From Macrostomum lignano (taxonomy: Eukaryota), in assembly GCA_002269645.1 (NCBI GenBank), contig NIVC01001758.1, forward strand, positions 236,660 through 300,659: 64,000 nucleotides of DNA, read 5' to 3'. The first letter of the stretch is position 1. Each line of letters starts with the position of its first letter. Shown piece after piece: positions 34,701 to 44,934 of the stretch. The translations under genes were made by a program, and so were the position numbers. The notes under the pieces were generated by a model. That model was not told where the DNA came from. It saw only the letters and a program-made list of their open reading frames with translations, and ran no database searches.

Positions 34701-35065
34701 GGACAACCGCTGGCCTGTCCGTGATAGGCTACCTCGGCACGAATGTCGCTCACCCCGGTGAGGTCCAACTGCACAGTTGCTGAGAATGTCATTGACGTCC
34801 ACTCGGAGCACCGCCTACGAACCGTCAGCCGCCGGGTTGGTACCGCCCGCGGTCGTCGCGACTGTTGCTGATTGGCCTCCGCGGCGGCTCGTCTGTGCTG
34901 GTAGCGCCGACATGAGGCTGGCATCTCAGCTGAGCTGCTGTCATCGTCTGGGAAGTCTTGAAAGTTGCCGAACGCCGGTAGTTGGCCGACGCGCACTTCG
35001 GCGCGACGTCGCAGGGACGGCATCATCGGCGATTCGGCTGGACTCTGAGAAGAAGAGGCCGCCAT
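25338..35065 (-). CDS. CNOT6: CCR4/CNOT6-type EEP-family deadenylase, 609 aa, no recognisable LRR. Exons complement 34489-35065, 29086-29309, 28439-28593, 27688-28058, 25954-26221, 25338-25572
   Basis: SYNIL, YCPDWALAWSYRR, CLQEVETEQ, FSPKSRARTM, VDGCAIF, HWDPQHPDVKLIQT, GDFNSLPQSGV, FTNYTHDFKGVIDYIF and PSDH, all characteristic of CNOT6/CCR4. Exons 2-6 join in consistent phases. Exon 1 is linked by a T|gtgagt phase-1 donor, giving a total of 1830 nt in frame. The exon 1 link is less certain than the rest. Confidence 0.85.
25615..25797 (-). mobile_element. 5'-truncated copy of SINE family 1, in the last CCR4-like intron
   Basis: Reverse complement matches about 8582-8763 (TGAGGGC.GCTGTACACTCC...GACAATGTCGCTT...CTCTAAT.AAAG) and lacks the tRNA head. 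Confidence 0.8.
27256..27575 (-). mobile_element. tRNA-derived SINE (family 2), in CCR4-like intron 4
   Basis: On the minus strand: tRNA-like head ..TGGTGAGAGCGTCGGACTCACGACTTGAAGGTCGAGGTTCGATTCC (B box), central GTCTCCTTGAGCAAGACACTTAACTC..CACCCAGCTGTAGAATGGGTGCC resembling the conserved core of widespread animal SINEs, and an A-rich tail. No clear TSD. Confidence 0.7.
28725..29065. repeat. G-rich 25-bp minisatellite, about 13 copies, in CCR4-like intron 2
   Basis: Unit GGGAGGG(G/A)CTGTCGGGAGAAGACCC. Confidence 0.95.
30145..30655. repeat. Low-complexity array of CCAAGACAAA(CA) 10/12-bp subunits, in CCR4-like intron 1
   Basis: Direct reading. It generates the KTNTK/VLVFV ORFs. Confidence 0.9.
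31728..31781. repeat. (CT)n microsatellite
   Basis: Perfect dinucleotide run. Confidence 0.98.
33822..34125. repeat. 16-bp minisatellite TCTCCGACAC(T/C)TCATA, in CCR4-like intron 1
   Basis: Tandem copies read directly. Confidence 0.95.
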
Positions 35066-36851
35066 TCAAAGACTGCCAACGTTTTTTTAAAGCTGACAAT
35101 CGGTTGAACTTAGCAGTAAGTCTCTTACTTTTCTAGGGTAGCAAGAGCGGCTTACAACGGTTCCGAAGTCAGGCCCGAACGGAGAGTCTGCAAATGCTGC
35201 TGAGTATTTGACAATGGAGTAAGCCCGACTCTCTGCCCGCGCTCTCCTCTCGTTTGTCGAGAACCCGAGTAGAGCAGGGCCGTGAGGTTGTGTCCAATGC
35301 TGCTAGCGAATGAGAACTGACCAAGATGAAGAGAAGCGTGCTTTTTTGTGAAGACGAGGCTGAGGTAAACTGAAAATGAGAGAAAGAAATGACGCAGAGA
35401 ACTGGGGCTGCTATTTTCTTGATTCTCTCTCTCGCGCTCTCGATCTTTATAACTTCGTCTCCGTTGGTCTCAACCATCTCTCGCTCGTTTTTTCTATTTT
35501 GTAACCCGAACCCCCTCCTCTCTCTGTTTTCGAGTTTTCGAGCAGCAAGCATAAAACAAACCCCCATGCCCTCGAGGCTGCATGGCTGGCTCCACGCCGC
35601 CTATTATTCCATGTACAAACTGCTGAGTAAGGGAGAGAGGGTTGGACAGCCCCCGCCTGCCCCCTCATCACCTCTTCATTACCTCTCTCATCTTGAGAAG
35701 CTCGATTGCGACCGATGAAGCAATTGACAATTACTCAACTGTTCGCGTTAACCTCTATCTGCTCTCCTGAGCTGAGCTTCTCAGTGTAAATAATACAACG
35801 GGGCGATAATTCTAGTTTCTCTGCACTAAAACTTGAGCCTAAACCAAGAAACAGAGGTAAATAGGTAGCTTAGAGCAACAGCAAGACATTGCATGCCTCA
35901 TTTGTCGTCTCAGATAGCTTATATTGCGCGCTCAACTCTCAATGCGAGAGCCAAATGTTAATGAAATTGTTGGCTGTATTTATTGTTGAGTATGCTATAT
36001 TTTATGCCAATCTTGGATTGGCAAAAAACCCTTAATTGCACGGTCCCTTTCCCTCTAATGTAAAAATGGTTTCGTTAAAACAAAATTTAGTAGAAAAACT
36101 TGAATTCGCTTGTCTAAAGTATTGTTTTTAAACGCCACAAAGTACCCTATAGTTTCTCAAATTAATTTGAAGAATGAAGAGAAGGTGTGTTTTTGTTTAA
36201 TGTATTTTCGTTTTAAGACTACTACCGTAGCCTCTATCGCTGCAATCTGCGTTCTAAGAAGGGGACCATTGTTGAACAAAAGCACACATTTTGAAACACA
36301 AACGCCCAAAACGCGTGTTTAATTGTATTGTAGAAAGTGTTTCTTTGCCAAAATCCTTGATGCAATGAAGTAATTTTTTCTCAAACTCCACATTGCTAAT
36401 CCATTGTACTAAAAGTAGCAACAAAAGAATATTAATCTTCAATTACTAGTTTCTCTTAAATTTTTTTCGATTCTAAACTGTTTTCTTTATCTTATCTGAA
36501 CGGAACTAAAATTGTTAATTTAATGTATTTCCTAAATATTAAGTGTTTAATACTCCTTTTGATAATAGATCCAAAAATACTCACAATCTGATTTTGATTT
36601 TCCATAACCAACAATTCATTATTCCCACTCGACCCATAGCCCAGCGCGCAATATTGCCGATATGTATAGAAAGCATGGCTTTGAGCATTTAAAAAAGCTG
36701 CATAATGTTACATTCCATGCAGTAGATACGCTACCACTCTAGACTAGAGTATAAAAAAACTTGTTTTGATGACAATACTAAAAAAATATTTCTTTTGAAA
36801 CGTTTTGACTTTATTAGCACGATTTTTCTAAAAATTGTTTTCAAAAAATGT

Positions 36852-36923
36852 TAGCAGAGCGTGGTTTCGATCCACGGACCTCTGGGTTATGGGCCCAGCA
36901 CGCTTCCACTGCGCCACTCTGTT
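36852..36923 (-). tRNA. tRNA-iMet: Initiator tRNA-Met (CAT) with an A2:C71 acceptor-stem mismatch
   Basis: AACAGAGTGGCGCAGTGGAAGCGTGCTGGGCCCATAACCCAGAGGTCCGTGGATCGAAACCACGCTCTGCTA has A1:U72, three G:C pairs in the anticodon stem, an ATCGAAA T-loop, and a T6 Pol III terminator just downstream (plus-strand 36843-36848). Confidence 0.93.
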
Positions 36924-37256
36924 TGATGCTGCCGACTAAATCGATAAATATTTAAAGCATACCTTCGTACCATGGTTGCCTGGAATTTTTCCTAAGCGGT
37001 CAAACATCATCTCTAGACTGGGCACTGGGGGGGGGGGGGTCAGGGGGGGGCAGTTCGAAGACGCAGCGGGGAGGCCAGAGTCGCCCATTCCGCAAAGGGG
37101 TCAGGGGTGACACGTGAAACGATCGAAAGTTGCATGCATGAGAGGATGAGATTCAAAAATTTAAGGGATTTTAGGAACGGCTGCCTGTGAGTCATGACCA
37201 AAATCCATTGTGGATGTCAATGTGAGATAAGAGTAAGCTGCCACTTGCACGGCGGT

Positions 37257-37656
37257 GCAGTGGCCGGATGGGCTGGGCTGGGCCCTGGCCTCCGGCCAGG
37301 ATTTATGGGGGGGGGCGTGGGCGATGATGGCGCCCCGATTAAATCCAAAAATAGTTCTAACAATTACCGCCCTCAGTTAATTTTGCTCAGTATAGCGCCC
37401 CATAGCGTGGCGCCCCCTCAGTGTATGGCCATGGCGCCCCTCTTGAGTATTAACTTATGGCGCCCGTCAGTGTATTATGGCGCCCTCTATAGTGTAGTTT
37501 GGCGCCCCTCTATATAGTGTATTATTATATGCATGACGCCCTCAAGTGTATTTGGCGCCCCTCTTGTGCATAATAATGGCGCCCCTCTAGTGTATTTATG
37601 GCGCCTCTCTACTGTATATTATGGCGCTCCCACTCTTATGGTTAAAATCCGGCCCC
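37257..37656. repeat. Array of about 12 ATGGCGCCC-containing subrepeats bounded by imperfect inverted ends, a possible MITE
   Basis: CAGTGGCCGGAT / GGCCAGGATTTA at the left and AAATCCGGCCCC at the right, with GGCGCC spaced roughly every 20-25 bp. No TSD confirmed. Confidence 0.45.
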
Positions 37657-37663
37657 CTTATCT

Positions 37664-37990
37664 TATATCTATATAAAGCTGAGTGGACCGATCGACCGGC
37701 CGGGATTCCGCGTATCTTTTTATAATATTTCAAAATCCGCCTTTGGCTGGGCATCATGTATACACATACTCTAGAGAAATCGGATCTTTTAGCCGGGATA
37801 ACTTTCTTGAGCAAATCTATAGCTCTCCATTCATTATAAATATTTCATGTAAGATGTATTTAATCATTGGATGTAATTTCTGAAATTTCACGAAGCACTA
37901 TAAAGCGCACTTCCCACCAATGTAACAAAGATTGGGGGAGCCAAGTTGTGTCCGGGGGGTAATACGTACGCTCGAGTGCAGCACAACTAA
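37664..37990 (+). mobile_element. Possible non-autonomous Helitron-like element
   Basis: Starts TCTATATAAAG, resembling Helitron 5' ends, and ends with a short GTGC-A-GCAC hairpin followed by ACTAAGT (CTAG-like). Termini only, with no second copy in the window. Confidence 0.25.
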
Positions 37991-39134
37991 GTACGTACAT
38001 GCAATGTTACATGTGTATAATTAATAATGCAACAAGCTGTTGCACGAGATTCAGATTCAATATACAGAGGCAGCGCAGTTTTTTACAACTCGTAGTCACA
38101 AGAGACAATAATGAAAAAAAAACAGTGCTAGAAAATTAGCAATGATGTGATTTTGTAAAGTGATAATAATGAAAATTGTCACCATGCACATTGACTGATT
38201 GGGCACACTAGAGTTGAGTGAAGTTCGACTGTGAACGTTAGACGTTAAATTGCGTGCGTATTCAAATGAGACAAACTAGTGTAATTTTTTTGACGTTGGT
38301 TTATATTGTCTTGGAGGAGATTATAACACTATCCGCTATACCTATTCCCTATCTCTTCTAAGTAACTATTGCTTACTCTAAGAGCCTATTATAATATAGT
38401 AACTACAATAGTATCGTGTTATAATTATATCACTTCTTATTATTTCTCATTTTTTTCTGATCAATCTGGTAATGCCAATGCCAATGGTATCGTCACTCAC
38501 TGTCACTGATACTATAGTATAGTGATAATGATATTGTCTATCTATTAATAATAATAACTGATATTGATAAGTAGGCTAATAATAATTAAGTGATAGGGCC
38601 TACAATCAATACTGAGTGAGTGATAGCACTACTAGGCCTACTGAGTTGTGATATAAATATAATGATACAGCTTAGCTTAGCCAAGTTAGGCCTAGCCTTA
38701 AGCTTAGTGATTGTTAGTGGCCAAGTGAATATGTTATAATAGAGGCCTAGGGTTAGACCAGTGTCATGTTGGGCACAATTTCAATACTCTGATGTTCCAA
38801 TTTTATCACTATTAGCAATACCCTTTGGGTAGGGCCTATTGCCTATCAGTATCAGATTACTATCTAGGACTAGACCAAGTAGGGCCTAGATAGACAAGAA
38901 ACTATAATTCTTGGAAAAGTTTAAAAAGCAAGTTTCATTGAAAAAAAATTATTTTCATATTTTTCATTTTTTTAAATATGACCTAATTTTATTTTTAGCA
39001 TAAAAATTGTTATTGCTTTTGATAAAAGGCAGAGTGTTTGAAATCTGGAAAACCTAAAAATATAAAAAAAAACCTAAAAAACAAAAAGGTAAGATTTGGA
39101 AAACACCTAAATTGGCTGCAACAATAGAAAAACT

Positions 39135-40748
39135 GGCAATCTTCAAGTTTCATTTGTTAAATTATTTTTTTCAATGATTTCTGAACTATCTTGCTCTGAG
39201 ATGATTATTTTCGAGCTCTCTAGTGTACCCAGCCCTTACCTAGCTGAGAAAGTAGCAGCTTTGTTAATATTAACCTCTAAGGTACCATAAAGCCGGAAAT
39301 ATAAGATGCAAACAAGCAAAGCTAACATGTAATGCTGAGTACAAACAGACAGAAATAGTAACACAGTGGGGTACAACAAGGGCAGTAGTAGCAGTCCAGT
39401 TCAGTAGCAACAGTTTAGCACATAGAACTCAATGCTTAGACATTATAGTAATCTGCGATCTAGTATAGGATGTTCCCAAATGGATTGACAGGGTGCAAAT
39501 GGCGCCATATGAACTCATCCAGGTAGGTTTCAAACAGGGCCTGTGATGTACCATGCATTGCCCTTAGCTTAGCTTTGCAATGTGCCTAGGTGCCCTCGAT
39601 TAGGTTCGTATGTACAGTTGGGTCTAGAGGGTTCACGAAGGCCAATTGGTGGTTCACCATCACATGGTTCTGCAGTTGGCCATAAGCCTGCTAGCCATCG
39701 GTAATAATCTGTGTACCAGGAAGCACATACTGCTGGATGATTGGCAGTAGTGTGGCAGCTGTCCTGTTGGGCACAGCAACTAAGGTTGCCTTCCTGGAAC
39801 CACGCTCAACCATGCCTAACACCCATTGGCCCGGCCAATGTGCATCCTGGTGGTACTTACGATGAAAGAAGTATGACTCGTCCACTTCTACATCCTGGCT
39901 AGCACCACCAAGCTGCATCGGATGGTCCAATAGGTATTGGGCACAGACATCCCTGATGAAGTTCTGCCAGTCAACCGTAGACTGGGGACTGACCTGGGCT
40001 TGACGTGCGCACTCATGCTGCCTGGCTTCTGTCGCCCACCAGTAGATGAGGTCCAGTAGCTGACATAGCTTGAGGTGACTCCGTTCAAAAAAGGACCCCT
40101 TTTGGATAGACACCTGCGCATGGCAGTTGATGGAAGCCCAAGCGTAGCCATCAGTAAAGCAGTCACCTTGATGGAGCTGCAGCTGAAGTTGAGTGGCCGG
40201 ACAATTGGCACATACTTGCTGGTTGGCAATTAGATGGTATTTGGCCATCCAGTTCATGGTATCCCTTGTTGTTGCCGTAATCACAGCTAGTTCCCGCATT
40301 GTCAAGGTGATGTCGCACAAAGCTGCAGCTGGTTGCACTTGTGCTACTGGTACAATAAAAGTGGGTTCCGCTAGTCGTCTTGCCATAGTATATTAGTCTT
40401 ATAGTGTATTAGCTGCTTGTCTATTAACTGCTTATGATATTACTCCATGCCACTCTTAAAGCTGCATACAGTAGCATCTTTATTCCCCATAGACGTTCTT
40501 TGCTAAAATGCCACGTCAGTGAAAGCCACGTCATCATTACGTTACCGTAATATGGGCCATAGACATTCCTTTGCCTACCAACGGCTTTATGGTACCAGGT
40601 ACCTTAGAGGTTAATATTAACAAAGCTGCTACTTTCTCAGCTAGGAAAGGGCTGGGTACACTGGAGAGCTCGAAAATAATCATCTCAGAGCAAGATAGTT
40701 CAGAAATCATTGAAAAAATAATTTAACGAACAAAACTTGAAGATTGCC
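39135..40748 (-). mobile_element. Merlin (IS1016/IS1595-like) DNA transposon, full length but inactivated. Transposase pseudo-ORF complement 39436-40386 (317 codons, 3 internal TAG)
   Basis: About 155-bp TIRs starting GGCAATCTTC (39135-39292 and 40583-40748), and a degenerate 8-bp TSD gaaaaact/aaaaaacc. The protein has VEVDESYFFHRKY, QWVLGMVER, NRTAATLLPII, PGTQIITDG*, VNH, HTNLIEG and YLDEFIWR motifs (DDE triad). Confidence 0.9.
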
Positions 40749-41060
40749 AAAAAACCTTATATACACTAGATTATATAGGCCTAGTACATGCTTGGGCGCA
40801 ACCTTGGGATTCACTCGGCCGTTTCTATTGGCAACACACATATGTATGTTGCTATTGGACAGAATAGTAGTCACATGACTGCTCTCGCACATACGGCCTA
40901 GTATATACCAAAAAATTTGGGTATGCATTGGCTTTGCATGCCTAAAGTTAAGCATACACAGTTGGCATGCATGCATGACTCCTATAAAGTTTGCTTGCAT
41001 ATTTTATCTAATTATACCATGGTTATGTTTCTTTTTATATTTGTTGATTGCTTATTAATA

Positions 41061-41473
41061 GGGCAGTTGTTATTTGTCCGGTGACCAGACGAATAGCGAT
41101 GTGGTTATTTGTCCAGTTACTGGATCCTGACCATGCTTTCCTATTCATCCGGTTAAAACCAGACAAATAGACATTTTGTTATTTGTCCAGTTAAATTGAT
41201 AATGATAAAATATCTAGTTTATAAAAACCACAAGGGTAAATATTCCTAGACTTCAAAGACTTCTTACTTGTGTCTTGATTATTATATTGTTATACTAGTG
41301 TATGTCTTATACACCAAATTATGCTGAATTGAATACACTGCTTTATACGAGAAAAGGTCTATAAAAAATCTAGAATATTCATCACAAAACAAATACGATA
41401 TTTGTGTTAGCAATTTAACTGGACAAATAGCAAAAAGGCTATTCATCCGGTCATTGGACAAATAACAACTGCC
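41061..41473. mobile_element. Merlin-type MITE (413 bp)
   Basis: About 65-bp imperfect TIRs starting GGCAGTTGTTATTTGTCC, flanked on both sides by the 8-mer TATTAATA. No ORF. Confidence 0.7.
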
Positions 41474-41603
41474 TATTAATAGTAGTCTATTTTACCTATT
41501 TTTTAAAAATATAAGATATATATTAATCATAATAATAAACAAAAAATCAACAAACACTGCATTGTATATATATATTTCATTGTACTTGAATATAGAAGAA
41601 CCT

Positions 41604-42850
41604 AACAATTTTCCTCTTTCATTTGTCAACTTAATTTTTTGTTTGAACACAAATAGTACCAACTTTAAACAACAAAAAACGATAATAGTATATTGTGAAA
41701 ACATTTGTAGCATTTAGAAAAGCTTGAAATGGAAATTGCACCAAGGCATATAAAAAAGTGAAGCAACGCTTGTCATCCAATGCTTGAAAGTAAAGCAAAT
41801 GAAGCATATTACTTTCTATCTATCAGTAATCACACATGTACTAGGGAGAATGTGGCATTGAATCAAAGGTAGCAGCATTGTAGCAATACGGTTAGGAATA
41901 GCAATCATCACATACTTCTTGGTACCATGTTCAACCAGGCCTAGTACCCACTGTCCTGGCCAGTGGGCACCTTGGTGGTACTTTCAATGAAAGAAATAGG
42001 ATTTGTCTATCTCTACATCTCTACCAGGACTACCTAGTTCTACTGGATGGTCAATCAGGTACTGAGAATAGATGTCCTTGATGAAGTTTTGCCAATCAAT
42101 AATACCATTATAACCAATGTTGCATTTTCATTGACACTCACCCTGATTTGCTTCTATAGCCTACCACAAATGAGATCTAGCAGCTGCTGCAGTGTAAGAT
42201 GACTAGCTTCAAAAAATGAGCCTTTCTGAATTGACACTTGGGCATGACAGCTGGTGCATGCCCATGCCAGTCCATCCAAGAATTGGTCACCCATATGCCA
42301 TTGCAATCGCATTTGTGGTGCCATTATATTGCCGGCGCCACCTCTAGGGCAGGTCAAGCAAGACCATTCCTTGGTTTACAATAATATGGTATATTGCCAT
42401 CCAGTTGATAATGTCTCAAGGTGTTTTCGTGATAGTGGCAAGCTCCCACATTGTGAAATTAATCTTGCATAGCTCTAGTGTAAGACGCACTTGCCCAGGG
42501 GGTACTATAAATATAGGTGCTGCAAGGTGACCAGTCATGTCATGTCGTTGAATATAATTGTATGTTTTTGAGCAGTAGCTGACTAAAAACTTAAAAGGAC
42601 TTGTAAATTATTTTCTTCATACCCCCTTCTAGTTTTCTAATGATATCCCTGCAGTTTTAACCATAGACAATTGCTAAAAGACAGTTGTTGCTTCACTTTC
42701 TTACATACCTTGGCGCAATTTCAATTTCATGCTTTTCTAAATGCTACAAAGGTTTCCACGACATATTGTTATCGTTTTTTGTCATTTAAAGTTAGTACTG
42801 TTTGTGTTCAAACAAAAAATTGATTTAACAAATGAAAGAGGAAAATTGCC
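41604..42850 (-). mobile_element. Second, internally deleted and decayed Merlin element (different TIR family)
   Basis: About 170-bp TIRs ([AA]CAATTTTCC... / ...GGAAAATTGCC) and an 8-bp TSD aagaacct/aagaacca. Transposase remnant DVEIDKSYFFH*KYHQGAHWPGQWVLGLVEH...ITDR* with a frameshift and stops. Confidence 0.85.
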
Positions 42851-43797
42851 AAGAACCAAAACATTGATATTGAATTTTGAATAAATACTCTAAAAAACCA
42901 AATTTCCATACTTTGATATCTTGTCTTTTTAAGCTATATTGATTTTGATAAAGTTTTTTGTTTTGAAAATTAGGATTATATATTATTTTTATATCTTCTA
43001 TATATATCCTGCACTATTCTTAAGAAGTATAAAAATGGATTTCTCTAGATATCAGTAATAATTTAGCATTGAAAAGTTAAATTCAAAGTCAAATATTTAG
43101 CTAGTATTTATAAAAGAACTTTTGCATCAACCCCAAATAAAACACTATTTATATTTAATAAACTTATAAAAACTTAAAAAAATTAATTTGTCTTATATTT
43201 TATTATTATAAAATAAAGCCAAAGGCTTAGTACTAGATATATTAGAGTTAAATAGAAAAATAGTGTTACAAAAAGTGAATACTCCAAAAATGATATAATC
43301 AATATTAGTAAAACTTGCTATATATTTTATTAATAGGGCCTATATTAAGATAGCCTAGGTCTAATATTTTATTTTATATAGTTATCATTGGTTGCTATCC
43401 ATAGTCTCAAGTATGCTCTATGTACACGAGAATAATTTTTGCCTTTGCACACTATACATGGGAGGTAAAATCACATATCCACAATCCACCCCATGCATAC
43501 CAAGCTGAATGACTGGGGGGATAGGGAGGGGAGTTCCTAGCATCTGATAGATAAAAGTAGGAAAGTCTATAAAAATACCATAATTCCATAAACAAGTTAA
43601 GCCAGTTTGGACTATTAGGAAAAGGAGCAGAATTTGCAATAGTTAAAACAAAGTTCAGCAAAACATCTATTAGTCCGCTGCTAGCTGCGTGACTATGCTA
43701 AAACTTATGAGCTCAGTGTTTAGGGGGCAGTCAAGCATGTCCTTGTTCTCCTAGTTGACCTCCGCCTCCTCTGAGTGCCCCAGAAATGGGCAGCAAG

Positions 43798-44934
43798 TAG
43801 TGTTCTGCCGTAATTATGGCTATGGCTACGGCAAATTACGGCTACGACACTTTTGAAGCCGTATTTTCATTATGGATTACGGTTACGGACATATTTTGAG
43901 CTTACGGTTACAGTTACGGATTACGGAGATTTTTCTAGACTTGCCGTAATTGGTAGCCATAACAAAAATTATTTATTTTTAACTGTTTAGTGTTATAAAA
44001 GAAAATTTTTTATATCAAATTCAACCAGTTTTCATTTTGTTTTACTAGTTATTATTATTTTTTACATTTGTTAACTTTCTAAATATCTACAAAACTTTTT
44101 GAAAATGAAAAACAAATTTTTTCACGAATTTTCTCATTAGGCATACAGCATAGCATAGCATAGCGATAGCATGATAGCAGCAAGACAGAGAAAGCCAGTC
44201 AAAGCCTACAAGAGACTAAGAATCTGGCATTCTTATTTCTTAGCCATATGTAGCATTTAGCTCCTTAGCATAAAAATAGGATATTAGATTTAGATTATGA
44301 TGATAAGGGTGAAAGAATATTAATAAGGAAATACTAAATAAGTACTAATACAATATGAATATGAATTATGGTTGAAAATTGATTGAAACCAAAGAAGACA
44401 ATATAATAGACAATGCAATAAAAAGAAAAAGAAAAAATGTAACATGCAATTTCTTAGTCATCGGAAATTTTGAAGCAGTTTTATTTGAACAAATTCATAT
44501 ATTTATTTATTGATATTAAACATACACATTGATCTTGGCACGTCAGTCATAGATTCATATTGTAGCGAAACAACAGAATCACGACACAGAAAACTGAAAA
44601 AGGCACAAAAAACAACAAAAAACAACAATGCTAAAGAATACTTAGATAAAGATATTATATTTATGAAAAAAATAAATGAATATTAATGCATGAACAAACA
44701 ACAAGTAGGTTTTATTGCTATCCTTTTATCCTTTTTATCTGTCCTTTTCTGTCTGCCCTACTTTTCATGCAAAAATATCAATTTTTGTTATACATTACGG
44801 CTACAGTTACGGCAAATTATGGTTACAGACTTTTTTAGCCCATAATGACGGCAAAATTCGGCTACAGAAGTTGCTTCTTTCTTACAGCTACGGTTACGGT
44901 TATGGAGGTCAAAACTCGCGGCGGCGGAACACTA
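43798..44934. mobile_element. Non-autonomous hAT-type element (1137 bp)
   Basis: TIR TAGTGTTCTGCCG / CGGCGGAACACTA, perfect 8-bp TSD GCAGCAAG (43790-43797 and 44935-44942), subterminal (T)ACGG(C/T)T hexamer arrays at both ends, and an AT-rich non-coding interior. Confidence 0.85.

Noticed and set aside
35169-35718. Opposing ORFs upstream of the CCR4-like ATG
   Set aside because: They show no homology cues. Acceptor and donor signals (about 35372, 35154) suggest this is 5'UTR exon and intron sequence.
37020-37110. G-rich stretch near the tRNA as a regulatory G4 element
   Set aside because: It is a short homopolymer-rich segment with no further support, and may be a TE end or a homopolymer artefact.
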